Under the pieces are notes generated by a model. The model saw only the letters and a program-made list of their open reading frames with translations. It did no database searches and had not been told where the DNA came from. The position numbers and the translations under genes are program-made. Source: Rebecca billardiae RCC1528 (lineage: Eukaryota; Protista; Haptophyta). Taken from it: 64,000 bases of DNA. Shown here piece by piece: positions 33,947 through 47,200 of the stretch (position 1 is the first letter of the stretch; each line of letters begins with the position of its first letter). Location of the stretch: NCBI GenBank assembly GCA_965240325.2, contig OZ251236.1, positions 1,798,001-1,862,000 on the forward strand, in the 5' to 3' direction.

Positions 33947-34769
33947 GTCTAGCCGTCCTAGCGAACGCCGACGCCAACTGCTGGCCGAAGGTGGGCACGC
34001 CGCCTGGCATGTCGATGCCGAGGCGGCTGCCTGTGTTCCTACTCAGTGGGATTTACGTGTCCTCATGCAAAGGCGAGCGGCAGCAGATGCGGTGGGCATG
34101 CCGCTCGCCGTCGACGAGACGCGGTGCGTTGGGATTTACGTGTCCTCATGCAAAGGCGAGCGGCAGCAGATGCGGTGGGCATGCCGCTCGCCGTCGACGA
34201 GACGCGGTGCGTGAGAGATCCCGCGTCGTGACGTCCGCTGACGGAAGGCTGAGCGCCTGCGGACTCGTCGACAATGAACCTCCACCTGACCGCCCGGGAG
34301 CAGCACTGCTGGGGACCCAACCTGAAAAACCCAACCGTGTTGGGACGCAGGGGGTCGCATGAGCCCTAAGTGCAGCGCCGCAAGACCGGGCGGTCGGACG
34401 GCGGGTGTTGTGATCCTGCCGCCCGAGCACCAGACCAACGGGCCCTGGGTGGGCGGGTTGCCGAAAGATGTTGGTCGGTGCACGCGACGCGCCACCCGCG
34501 TGCGAGCCGCAGCCGCCGGCGACGCAGGACGCGACATGGCTGGATGCCCGCGCCACGGCTGCAGAGCCCGAGAAGCCGATGATGGCGATCGGAGATCTTT
34601 GGCCGGTAACAGAAAATGCCGGACGGACTGTTTGTCCGGGAGCAGCTCGTTGAGGCCATGGTCCGGTAGAGGGCGATGGAGCTGATGAGCGGCGCTGGCG
34701 CCTGGCGTCCGTGTCGTCCTCTTGGCTCTTAGAGTCTTAGACAATCAGTTATTGTACCAATAATAACCC

Positions 34770-34772
<3 letters not shown>
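33947..34772 (+). mobile_element. Possible degenerate retroelement fragment between two (TA)n tracts
   Basis: Bounded by (TA)n on both sides, lower GC, broken frames with faint resemblance to the post-RT Cys/His region of RLE retroelements. Confidence 0.3.
34047..34212. repeat. Perfect 83-bp tandem duplication
   Basis: TGGGATTTACGTGTCC...GAGACGCGGTGCGT at 34047-34129 and 34130-34212. Confidence 0.95.

Positions 34773-34834
<62 letters not shown>
34773..34834. repeat. (TA)n microsatellite
   Basis: Perfect dinucleotide run. Confidence 0.98.
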
Positions 34835-34836
<2 letters not shown>

Positions 34837-34936
34837 TGACGATATATATCGTCGTCGTCATCGATGCTGACCTGCCAGAGCAGTGATGAGATCTATACCA
34901 CCTGCCAGTGATGAGATCTATACCACCTGCTGCGCA

Positions 34937-37697
34937 TTACTGCTGCTGATCGTCGTCGGGCGGGCGCGATTGCACCCAGGCGCCCGAGGGCGTGCCCGTG
35001 GGCCGCGGCGCCGGAACACGCGCGCGTGAGCCGTTGGATGCCCAGCTTTGCCCGCTGTCGAAGAGGCTGCAGCTCGACTTGCGCGACCCACTCGCACGCT
35101 GGCCGCTGTCGAGAGCACGCTGCACTTGATCGCTCACGCTCGGCAGGTGCGGCTGCTCGCTCGCCCCGCGCAAAGACGCCGAGGCAGAAATGTCGCGGAC
35201 CTCGCCGTGCGTCGCGTGGCCGCTGTCGTCGGAGGCTTGGGGCGAGGGCGCAGCCGCGCGCGCCGACATGTGCGCGATGCGCACAATGGTCGAGCACGAG
35301 CCGTCGGCCAAGCTGCTGTTGATCAGGCCGCTCTCCAGCGTGGCCTCGGGCAGCAGCGGGCTGCCCAGCAGCGGGCTGCCCAGCGCGCTGCCAAGGCGCA
35401 TCGACGAGCGCAGGCCACGCATGGACAGGCTGCCCTCCTCCTGCGCGCCAACCCGGCTGTTCAGCCCGCGCAGCGCGTGGCGCACGCGCTCGTTGAACGC
35501 CTCCGCGCCACCGGAGGACGCCTGGATCACCGCCAGCAGCCGCTCCGTGTCCGACTGCAGCGTGCAGCCCGACTCCATCACGTCGAAGTTGTCGAGGTAG
35601 TCGTCCAGCTCCCACCGGTACCCGCTCTCCACGTCCGACGCCGAGGCGGCGGAGCCGAGCAAGGTTGGCGCGGGGTGGGCGTGCGGGTGGGCGTGTGTGC
35701 CGCCGCTGGTGTCGAAGGGGAGGACCGCGCTGGCTCGCGCCGCGGCGCCCGCGTCGGTGGCCGGCGTCTGCGCTCCGGGCGCGCCTTCCGGCCACACCAC
35801 GGCCGGGTCGTGCCGCGCGTGGGGCGACGAGGGGCCCCCCTCCGGCACGGACGAGCGGCGCGGCAGCCTGCCGGCCGAGGCCACAGACGCGAGCTCGCAC
35901 AGCTCGATGCGCGCCCTGTCGCCGCCCATGTTGAGGAAGATGAAGAGCTCGACGACGCTGCGGGGCGCGGCGGAGAGGGGACGGGCGCGCGCGCGCGCGC
36001 GGCGTGGGGGCCGGTGGGCTCGGCGCGCGCGCGAGACAGCGCGAGGGCGGCGCGTGCGGCCGCCCCTTCCGTCCGGCGGCGCGGCGGCGGCGCGGCGGCG
36101 CGGCGGCGATACGGCGCGCGGCGGCTTGGCTCGCGCGCGCGCACCACCACAGCCGCGTGAGCAGCGTGGGCCCCATCAGCACGACGAGCTTCTGGCAGCC
36201 GGCCAGGTAGAGCGGCAGACACGGCAGCGAGTCCGAGATGTGCAGCGGGTCGAGGCACGCCTTGTCCAGCCACACCACCGGCTCGCGCCGGTTGGTGGCG
36301 ACAAACTGCACGCGCCACGCCTGCAGCGCCTGCCACTTCTCAGAAGCGTCGTCGTGCCACGAGTGCGTGACGAAGGCGTCGACGTCGCCGAAGCCGGCTC
36401 GGCGCGAGCGCGCGTGCAGCGCGGGCGCGGACGCCGCGCTCTGCATCTCGTCCTCGGCCACCAGGTCGAGCCGGATGCCGCGGAACGTGGCGAGCGCCAG
36501 CTCGTGCACCTCGTGCACGGGGCGCGAGTTGAGCAGCGCGGCGATGCCCGCCGCGACGCTCGCCGGCTCGCCGTGCGAGTCGAGCCACGCGTGCAGCGCC
36601 GTCCTGCGGCTCGGCGTGAGCAGCGCCGCCAGCAGCACCGCCTCCGCCATCGCGACGTACCTGCACACCAAGGCGACGCGCTGGTTCGCCCACAGCTGCG
36701 CCGCGGGCTGGCTGAGGTGGAAGAGCAGGGCAAAGCCGCACAGCAGCAGCGCAAACGACGCGTACGCACGGCGCACGGCGCGCCACAGCCCGTCGAGCTG
36801 CACGCGCGACGGGCTGTGCAGCCTGGACAGGATCTCCCGGATCAGCGCGAGCGCGACGGCCGCGCCGCCCGCCAGCACGCCCAGCGTGCCGATCTCGAAC
36901 CAGCACGGCACGAGCGGCAGCTCGGCGCCGCCGACGCGGCCGGTGTCTGCCGAGGCGGGGCAGCTCGGGTACGCGCTCAGCACGAGCGCCATCAGCTGGA
37001 CGCTCGCCCAGAGGTACCCCCCGAAGAGCAGCGTCGCGAGCAGCATGAACGCGTGCATCGTGTGCCGGATGTGCGCCACGTCGGTGGGCAGCAGCGAGAG
37101 CATCAGCACGGCCGCGCCCGGGAACAGCAGCGTCGCGCCGAGCGTGTTGGTGTACGCAATCTCGAGACCGGCGCCGGTCGCGCTGAGGACGACGCCCAGC
37201 GCGATCGTGGGGCGGTGCACGCGCGACGAGAAGCGGCGGCCCGCCAGCTTGGACGCCTCGAGCGCCGAGCGCACGCCCGCCTCCGTGCGCTCGGGCGGCG
37301 GCGGGCGCACGCCCGAGCGCCGCCGCTCGACAGAGGTCCGCTCGCGCGCGGCGGCGGAGGTCCGAGACCGCGGCCGCGACGACCAGCGCCGGCCCAGGCC
37401 AAAGAGCGAGAGCTCGAACGAGCCCTTCTTGCGCACGCGCTTCTGTGACCGGCTTCGCTCCCCCAGCACCCGCGCTGACTGCGACCTCGCGCCAGGCAGC
37501 CCCTTGCGCGCCGCCCCTGAGCGCGCCTGCTGCGCGCTCGACGCTCTCTCGCGGCTGATCGCCCCCGATGGCACGGGCGCCGTCGCGGCTCTCTCGCGGC
37601 TGATCGCCCCCGACGCCACGGCCGCCGTCGCGATGCTGCCCGTGCCCCCCCCAGGGCGGGCCTCAGCGTTCGGAGCCGCAGGAGCGCGGGCCGGCAT
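34937..37697 (-). CDS. Multi-pass membrane protein with cytoplasmic TIR-like domain; 1 intron (35958-36144)
   Basis: About 6 hydrophobic helices, then DAFVTHSWHDD...VWLDKACLD...LPCLPLYLAGCQKLVVLMGPTLLTRLWC|VVELFIF (TIR-like fold pattern). First ATG at 37697. Confidence 0.78.
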
Positions 37698-38231
37698 GCC
37701 GCGCTCGGCAGTCGGCAGAAGGGCGAGCCTCGCGCTCGGCGCGGCAATGCACGTGCCCAACCTAGGCGCTCAGCGCCAGCGGCTCGGCGCGCGCTGGCGT
37801 GTGCTGGGCCCGGCACCGTCGGGCGTCGGCCAGGCCGCCGCGCACGGTGGGGCGTTGATGGCGCAGGCACTGCCGACTAACTACCCTCGCCAGTCGCCCA
37901 CCCTGGTCCGACAACTAGTCATTATGAGCGTTACGCTCGACACCGCTTGAACGTCTCTCTACAGTCCTGTACTAATTTGAAGCACACTCAGCTCAGATAC
38001 CAATCAGACTCTCACCTTATTGGCGAAGACCGTTTGGCGGAAGCTGCGCGCGGTTCATCGAATATATGGGATGGGCCTGACTGGGCGGTATCCGTGGCTG
38101 CGGGTAAAATCGGTTGCCGCGAGGCTTAAGACTCGCCTACAAACCTTCTAGAAGAAAAGGGGTATTATCTCGTCACACCGGGCTTGGTGGGCAGCCCGGT
38201 GTGACGAGCTCGCTCAAAGTGCTCCACAACC

Positions 38232-41200
38232 ATGGGCGTTCTGGCCCTCGGGCTGGGCCTAACGGCGCTCGTCGTCTCGGCCGTGCACCCGGGCCCGCTG
38301 CTGGGCGTGGGCAGTCCGGGCACATTGACATCGATTGTGTCTGGCACGACTCACACCTGTGTCCTCGACGACACCGGCGCGGTGAAATGGTGCGCTCGCG
38401 CCATCGCGCGCGCGCCGGCGCCGCCATCGCGCCGCTGATCAGCGGCCGCGGCGCGCGTGCGATGCGCGCGCGACGCTTGCTGCGCCGAGCAGCTTCGGCC
38501 TCGGCAGCTCCGGCCAGCTAGGCTATGACGACACCGTCGACCGCGGCGACGACCCGAACGAGCTCGGCGCCAACCTGCCCTTCCTGTCGATGCCGGACGG
38601 CACCACGGTGGCCGACCTGTCTGCGGGCGGCGCGCACTCGTGCGCGGTGCTCTCGGACGCGACGGTCAGATGGTGCGTCTCCCGCGCGCGCGCAGCGGCG
38701 GCCACCACCGCCCGTCCCACCCCGCTCCGCGAGGCGTGCATCGCGCCGCCCACACCGCGCGTTTGTGCACGCGCACGCGCCGCCCGCCCGCCTCGCACCG
38801 CCATCAGTTGGGGCGCCAACGACCAAGGCCAGCTCGGCACGGGCGACAAGACGGCCGCCGGCGACGGCGCCGGCCGAGCGATGGGCAACACGCTGCCCGC
38901 GGTCAACCTGGGCGGCTCCGCCACGCCGCACGCCGTGCGCTGCGGCTCGTTGCACACGTGTGCGCTCACGAGCATCTCGTCGGTGCTGGGCGTGCAGTGC
39001 TGGGGCGACGCGAGCAAGGGCCAGCTGGGGTACGAGGCGAACTCGGACCTGAGCACGCCCGGGGGGCACGTCGATCTGGGCACGGGGCTCACGCTCAGCG
39101 CGTTCGACACGCACTTCGGCGTGCACAACTGCGCCGTTTTCTCCGACGGCAGTGTCAAGTGGTGCGCGCGCGCGTGCTCTTGTCTCGGCGCGCCGCCGCC
39201 CTTTGGCCGCGGTGCGCTCGGCTCCACGCGCGCGCGCGCCTGCCCCGCCCCCGCCCGCACCCTCCCGCGCGCGCGATCGCGCAGCTGGGGTGACAACGCC
39301 GGCGGGCAGCTCGGCACGGGCGACAAGTCGCGCTACGGCCGCACCCCGAACACGATGGGCGACGACCTGCCGTTTGCGCTCGGCTCGGGCGCGGCCGAGG
39401 TGCGCGTGGGCAGTGAGCACTCCTGCGCGCGGCTGAGCGCAGGCGGGCTCAAGTGCTGGGGCGCGGGGACGAGCGGCGCGCTGGGCTCGGCCGCCACGGC
39501 CGACATCACCGACCCCTCGCTCTCGCCCGTCATCGGGCTGGGCTCGGCCCTCAGCCCCACCTCGCACTCTGCTGGCCTCAGCTTTGGGTGCGCCGTGCTC
39601 ACGGGCGGGCTGCTCAAGTGGTGTGCGCGGCAGTGGCGCCCCGCGCGCGAGCGGCGCGCGCGTGGTGTGCCTGCGCGCGCGCTCGTCACGCGCTCGACCG
39701 TCGCCCCGCGTCGCCCGCTCGCCCTCGGCCGACCACGCACGCCGCCTGCGCTGACCCGCCGCACGGCGCACGCGCGCTCGCGCGTGCGTGGTCGGGTCTG
39801 CGCGCGCGTCGCAGCTGGGGCGCGGCCGCCGAGGGTCAGCTGGGCACGGGAGACACGGCCGACCGCGGCGACGCGTCCAACGAGCTGGGCGACTTCCTCC
39901 CGCCGGTCTCGCTCGGCACGGGCCTCACGGCGGTGATGGTGGCCGCGGGCGAGACTGCGGCGTGCGCGCTGCTCAGCAGCGGCTCCTTCAAGTGGTGCGC
40001 GCGCGCGCTGGTGCGCACGCGCGCCAAGGCCCGCCGAGACGCGCGCTTCGTGCACTCGCCGCCGTCGGTGGCGGGCCGCGTGCGCGCGCGCCCGGCTCGC
40101 GTGGCGTGGCGGGATGGGGCCGTGCGGGCTGGCGCAGGGCGCAGTCCGCCAGGGCGCGCGCGCCTCGCGCCTCACGCCGCCGCGTGCGCCGCCTCGGCCC
40201 TGCCCCCGGGGCCCCGCTCCCTCCTGCTCCCGCCTCTGCGTGGCCGCCTCTGCGTGGCGCCACGCGCAGCTTTGGCAAAGCGGACAAGGGCCAGCTCGGC
40301 ACGGGCGACACTTCCAACCGCGGCGACACCGCGGGCACGCTGGGCGACTCGCTGCCTTCGGTCGCACTGACAGATGCGCCGCCACCGAGCCCGCCTGCGC
40401 CGCCGCCCTCACCGCCGCCGTCTCCGCCGCCGAGCCCACCGCCGAGCCCGCCGCCGAGCCCGCCGCCGAGCCCGCCGCCGTCACCGCCTCCGCCGAGCCC
40501 TCCGCCCTCGCCGCCACCGTCGCCGCCGCCCTCGCCGCCACCTTCGCCGCCGCCCTCGCCGCCGCCGAGCCCGCCGCCCTCGCCGCCGCCCAGCCCGCCG
40601 CCCTCGCCGCCGCCCAGCCCGCCGCCCAGCCCGCCGCCACCTTCGCCGCCGCCCTCGCCGCCGCCGTCGCCGCCCCCGAGCCCACCGCCGTCCCCACCGC
40701 CCTCGCCGCCTCCGTCCCCGCCACCGAGCCCACCGCCGAGCCCACCGCCCTCGCCTCCGCCTTCGCCGCCGCCTTCGCCGCCGCCCTCGCCGCCGCCGCC
40801 CAGCCCGCCTCCATCGCCACCGCCCTCGCCTCCGCCCAGCCCGCCGCCCAGCCCACCGCCACCTTCGCCGCCGCCCTCGCCGCCACCGTCGCCGCCGCCC
40901 TCGCCGCCGCCCTCGCCGCCGCCCAGCCCACCGCCCTCGCCACCGCCGAGCCCGCCGCCCTCGCCGCCGCCGAGCCCGCCGCCCTCGCCGCCGCCCTCGC
41001 CGCCGCCCAGCCCGCCGCCGCCCTCGCCGCCGCCCTCGCCGCCACCCTCGCCGCCACCGAGCCCACCGCCATCCCCACCGCCGTCGCCGCCTCCGTCGCC
41101 GCCACCGAGCCCACCGCCGCGCCCACCGCCCAGCCCGCCGCCGTCGCCACCGCCCTCGCCGCCGCCGAGCCCGCCGCCGAGCCCGCCGCCTCCATCGCCG

Positions 41201-44200
41201 CCGCCCTCGCCGCCACCATCGCCGCCGCCGAGCCCACCGCCCTCGCCGCCGCCCTCGCCACCGCCCAGCCCGCCGCCGCCCTCGCCCCCGCCCTCACCGC
41301 CACCGTCGCCGCCGCCGAGCCCACCGCCGTCCCCACCGCCATCGCCGCCTCCGTCCCCGCCGCCGAGCCCACCGCCGAGCCCACCACCCAGCCCGCCGCC
41401 CTCGCCGCCGCCCTCGCCGCCGCCCTCGCCGCCACCGCCCAACCCGCCTCCATCGCCACCGCCCTCGCCTCCGCCCAGCCCGCCGCCCAGCCCACCGCCA
41501 CCTTCGCCGCCGCCCTCGCCTCCACCCTCGCCGCCGCCCTCGCCGCCGCCCTCGCCACCGCCCAGCCCGCCGCCCTCGCCTCCGCCGAGCCCACCGCCCT
41601 CGCCGCCGCCGAGCCCGCCGCCGTCGCCGCCGCCCTCGCCGCCGCCCAGCCCGCCGCCGCCGTCGCCGCCGCCCTCACCGCCACCATCGCCGCCGCCGAG
41701 CCCACCGCCATCGCCACCGCCCTCGCCGCCTCCGTCGCCGCCCCCGAGCCCACCGCCGAGCCCGCCACCCAGCCCGCCGCCGTCGCCGCCGCCGTCGCCG
41801 CCGCCCAGCCCGCCGCCGAGCCCGCCACCGAGCCCGCCTCCCAGCCCGCCACCATCGCCGCCTCCGCCGAGCCCTCCACCCTCGCCGCCACCCTCGCCGC
41901 CGCCGAGCCCTCCGCCCTCGCCGCCACCGTCGCCGCCACCATCGCCTCCGCCCAGCCCGCCGCCCAGCCCACCGCCACCTTCGCCACCGCCCTCGCCGCC
42001 GCCCTCGCCGCCGCCCTCGCCGCCGCCGTCGCCACCGCCAAGCCCGCCGCCGTCGCCACCGCCGAGCCCACCGCCCTCGCCGCCACCGTCGCCGCCACCA
42101 TCGCCTCCGCCCTCGCCGCCGCCGAGCCCACCACCGCCCTCGCCGCCGCCCTCGCCCCCACCATCGCCGCCGCCGTCACCACCGCCCTCCCCGCCGCCCT
42201 CGCCGCCTCCATCACCGCCGCCAAGCCCGCCGCCGAGCCCGCCGCCCTCGCCGCCGCCGTCCCCGCCGCCGAGCCCACCTCCGAGCCCGCCACCCAGCCC
42301 ACCTCCTTCGCCGCCGCCCTCGCCGCCGCCCTCGCCACCCCCGCCGAGCCCGCCACCATCGCCGCCGCCCTCGCCGCCGCCTTCGCCACCGCCCTCGCCA
42401 CCGCCCTCGCCGCCGCCCTCGCCCCCACCATCGCCGCCGCCGTCACCGCCGCCATCGCCGCCGCCGAGCCCACCACCGAGCCCGCCACCCAGCCCACCGC
42501 CCCCGTCGCCCCCGCCATCACCACCGCCATCGCCGCCACCATCACCGCCGCCCTCGCCGCCTCCATCGCCGCCGCCGTCGCCACCGCCAAGCCCGCCCCC
42601 GAGCCCCCCTCCGTCGCCACCGCCGTCGCCGCCACCCAGCCCACCGCCAAGCCCACCGCCGCCTTCGCCGCCACCGAGCCCGCCGCCCAGCCCGCCGCCT
42701 TCGCCGCCGCCCTCGCCGCCGCCGAGCCCACCGCCATCCCCGCCGCCCTCGCCACCGCCCAGCCCGCCGCCACCCTCGCCGCCGCCCTCGCCGCCGCCCT
42801 CGCCGCCGCCAAGCCCACCGCCATCCCCGCCGCCCTCGCCGCCTCCGTCCCCACCGCCGTCGCCGCCGCCGAGCCCACCGCCCTCGCCGCCGCCATCGCC
42901 GCCGCCATCGCCGCCGCCCTCGCCGCCACCGCCCAGCCCGCCTCCATCGCCACCGCCCTCGCCTCCGCCGAGCCCGCCGCCCAGCCCACCGCCCTCGCCG
43001 CCACCAAGCCCTCCGCCCTCGCCGCCGCCCTCCCCGCCGCCGGCTCCGCCGCCGAGCCCTCCACCGAGCCCTCCGCCGAGCCCGCCCCCGCCCTCGCCGC
43101 CGCCGAGCCCGCCGCCCTCGCCGCCACCCAGCCCGCCGCCGTCGCCACCACCCAGCCCACCACCATCCCCACCGCCCTCCCCGCCGCCCAGCCCGCCGCC
43201 GCCCTCGCCGCCGCCTTCGCCGCCGCCCTCGCCGCCGCCATCACCGCCACCGAGCCCACCGCCGTCGCCGCCGCCCTCACCGCCGCCCTCGCCGCCGCCG
43301 TCTCCGCCGCCAAGCCCTCCACCGAGCCCACCGCCGAGCCCGCCACCGCCCTCGCCGCCGCCGAGCCCACCGCCCTCGCCACCGCCCTCGCCGCCGCCCT
43401 CGCCGCCACCCTCGCCGCCGCCCAGCCCACCGCCGAGCCCGCCGCCCTCGCCGCCTCCGTCTCCGCCGCCGAGCCCACCGCCGAGCCCGCCACCCAGCCC
43501 ACCTCCTTCGCCGCCGCCCTCGCCGCCGCCCTCGCCACCCCCGCCGAGCCCGCCACCATCGCCGCCGCCCTCGCCGCCGCCTTCGCCACCGCCATCGCCG
43601 CCGCCATCGCCGCCGCCCTCGCCCCCACCATCGCCGCCGCCGTCACCGCCGCCATCGCCGCCGCCGAGCCCACCACCGAGCCCGCCACCCAGCCCACCGC
43701 CCCCATCGCCGCCGCCGTCGCCACCGCCATCGCCGCCACCATCGCCGCCGCCATCACCGCCTCCATCGCCGCCGCCGTCGCCACCGCCAAGCCCGCCCCC
43801 GAGCCCCCCTCCGTCGCCACCGCCGTTGCCGCCACCCAGCCCACCGCCAAGCCCACCGCCGCCTTCGCCGCCGCCCTCGCCGCCGCCCTCACCGCCGCCT
43901 TCGCCGCCGCCCTCGCCGCCGCCGAGCCCACCGCCCTCGCCGCCACCGAGCCCTCCGCCCTCCCCACCGCCGAGCCCACCACCGTCTCCACCGCCCTCCC
44001 CGCCGCCCAGCCCGCCGCCACCCTCGCCGCCGCCCTCGCCGCCGCCCTCGCCGCCGCCAAGCCCACCGCCATCACCGCCGCCATCGCCACCGCCGTCGCC
44101 GCCGCCCTCGCCACCACCCAGCCCACCGCCCTCGCCGCCGCCCTCGCCGCCGCCCTCGCCGCCGCCCTCGCCGCCGCCGCCCAGTCCGCCTCCATCGCCA

Positions 44201-47200
44201 CCGCCCTCGCCTCCGCCGAGCCCGCCGCCCAGCCCACCGCCCTCGCCGCCCCCTCTGCCACCTCCCAGCCCGCCGCCCTCGCCGCCGCCCTCGCCGCCGC
44301 CAAGCCCGCCGCCGTCACCGCCCCCATCGCCGCCGCCAAGCCCACCGCCCTCGCCACCACCATCGCCGCCGCCTTCGCCGCCGCCGAGCCCTCCGCCCAG
44401 CCCGCCGCCATCACCGCCACCCTCGCCACCGCCCTCGCCACCTCCGAGCCCTCCGCCCTCGCCGCCTCCGAGCCCGCCGCCGAGCCCCCCGCCGAGCCCG
44501 CCGCCGAGGCCTCCGCCTTCACCACCGCCCTCGCCACCCCCGAGCCCACCGCCGTCGCCGCCGCCTTCGCCGCCGCCGTCGCCGCCGCCATCTCCGCCAC
44601 CGTCGCCGCCACCCAGCCCGCCGCCCAGCCCACCGCCCTCGCCACCGCCCTCGCCGCCGCCTTCGCCACCACCGTCGCCACCGCCCTCACCGCCGCCCTC
44701 ACCGCCTCCCAGCCCGCCACCCTCGCCACCGCCGTCGCCGCCACCGAGCCCGCCGCCATCGCCGCCGCCGTCCCCACCACCGAGCCCACCGCCATCACCG
44801 CCACCCAGTCCGCCGCCAAGCCCGCCTCCCTCGCCACCGCCATCGCCGCCGCCAAGCCCACCGCCGTCACCGCCGCCATCTCCGCCGCCAAGCCCGCCGC
44901 CCTCGCCACCGCCATCGCCGCCGCCTTCGCCGCCGCCGAGCCCTCCGCCCAGCCCGCCGCCGTCGCCGCCGCCCTCGCCACCACCGAGCCCGCCGCCATC
45001 ACCGCCGCCGTCCCCACCACCGAGCCCGCCGCCATCACCGCCGCCCAGCCCGCCGCCAAGCCCGCCTCCCTCGCCACCGCCCTCTCCACCGCCTTCGCCG
45101 CCGCCCAGCCCTCCGCCCAGCCCGCCGCCGTCACCGCCACCCTCGCCGCCGCCCTCGCCACCTCCGAGCCCTCCGCCCTCGCCGCCTCCGAGCCCGCCGC
45201 CCAGCCCCCCGCCCAGCCCGCCGCCGAGCCCGCCGCCTTCGCCGCCGCCGAGCCCTCCGCCCAGCCCGCCGCCGTCACCGCCACCCTCGCCGCCGCCCTC
45301 GCCACCTCCGAGCCCTCCGCCCTCGCCGCCTCCGAGCCCGCCGCCCAGCCCCCCGCCCAGCCCGCCGCCGAGCCCGCCGCCTTCACCACCGCCCTCGCCA
45401 CCCCCGAGCCCACCGCCGTCGCCGCCGCCTTCGCCGCCGCCGTCGCCGCCGCCATCTCCGCCACCGTCGCCGCCACCCAGCCCGCCGCCCAGCCCACCGC
45501 CCTCGCCACCGCCCTCGCCGCCGCCTTCGCCACCACCGTCGCCACCGCCCTCACCGCCGCCCTCACCGCCTCCCAGCCCGCCACCCTCGCCACCGCCGTC
45601 GCCGCCACCGAGCCCGCCGCCATCGCCGCCGCCGTCCCCACCACCGAGCCCACCGCCATCACCGCCACCCAGTCCGCCGCCAAGCCCGCCTCCCTCGCCA
45701 CCGCCATCGCCGCCGCCAAGCCCACCGCCGTCACCGCCGCCATCTCCGCCGCCAAGCCCGCCGCCCTCGCCACCGCCATCGCCGCCGCCTTCGCCGCCGC
45801 CGAGCCCTCCGCCCAGCCCGCCGCCGTCGCCGCCGCCCTCGCCACCACCGAGCCCGCCGCCATCACCGCCGCCGTCCCCACCACCGAGCCCGCCGCCATC
45901 ACCGCCGCCCAGCCCGCCGCCAAGCCCGCCTCCCTCGCCACCGCCCTCTCCACCGCCTTCGCCGCCGCCCAGCCCTCCGCCCAGCCCGCCGCCGTCACCG
46001 CCACCCTCGCCGCCGCCCTCGCCACCTCCGAGCCCTCCGCCCTCGCCGCCTCCGAGCCCGCCGCCCAGCCCCCCGCCCAGCCCGCCGCCGAGCCCGCCGC
46101 CTTCGCCGCCGCCGAGCCCTCCGCCCAGCCCGCCGCCGTCACCGCCACCCTCGCCGCCGCCCTCGCCACCTCCGAGCCCTCCGCCCTCGCCGCCTCCGAG
46201 CCCGCCGCCCAGCCCCCCGCCCAGCCCGCCGCCGAGCCCGCCGCCCTCACCGCCGCCCTCGCCACCCCCGAGTCCACCGCCGTCGCCACCGCCTTCGCCG
46301 CCGCCCTCGCCGCCGCCATCACCGCCACCGTCGCCGCCGCCATCGCCCCCGCCATCGCCGCCGCCATCACCGCCGCCATCGCCACCGCCATCGCCTCCGC
46401 CAAGCCCACCGCCCTCGCCACCGCCCTCGCCGCCGCCTTCGCCACCACCCTCGCCACCACCGTCACCGCCGCCCTCGCCGCCTCCCAGCCCGCCACCCTC
46501 GCCACCACCGTCGCCGCCACCAAGCCCGCCGCCATCGCCGCCGCCGTCCCCACCACCGAGCCCACCGCCCTCACCGCCTCCCAGCCCGCCGCCAAGCCCG
46601 CCTCCCTCGCCACCGCCCTCGCCGCCGCCGTCACCGCCGCCATCGCCTCCGCCGAGCCCACCGCCGTCGCCACCGCCCTCTCCACCACCTTCGCCGCCGC
46701 CGAGCCCTCCGCCCAGCCCGCCGCCGTCGCCGCCTCCGAGCCCGCCTCCAAGCCCCCCGCCCAGCCCGCCGCCCAGCCCGCCGCCTGCACCGCCGCCAAG
46801 CCCACCGCCCTCGCCACCGCCCTCGCCGCCGCCTTCGCCACCACCGTCGCCGCCACCGTCACCACCGCCCTCACCGCCTCCCAGCCCGCCACCCTCGCCA
46901 CCGCCGTCGCCGCCGCCAAGCCCCCCGCCATCACCGCCGCCATCTCCTCCGCCGAGCCCGCCGCCCTCGCCACCGCCGCGCCCGCCACCATCGCCACCTC
47001 CAAGCCCGCCGCCATCGCCACCGCCATCGCCGCCGCCCGCGCCACCGCCTTCGCCACCCCCCTCGCCGCCACCGGCTCCGCCGCCGAGCCCGCCCCCTTC
47101 GCCACCGCCCTCGCCGCCACCTTCGCCGCCGCCCTCGCCGCCGCCATCTCCGCCACCGCGCCCACCACCGAGCCCGCCTCCCAGCCCGCCACCGAGCCCA

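Noticed and set aside
39788-40269. N-terminus of the 5,181-aa ORF as given in the track
   Set aside because: It reads through intron and out-of-frame exon sequence. The spliced start with a signal peptide is at 38232.
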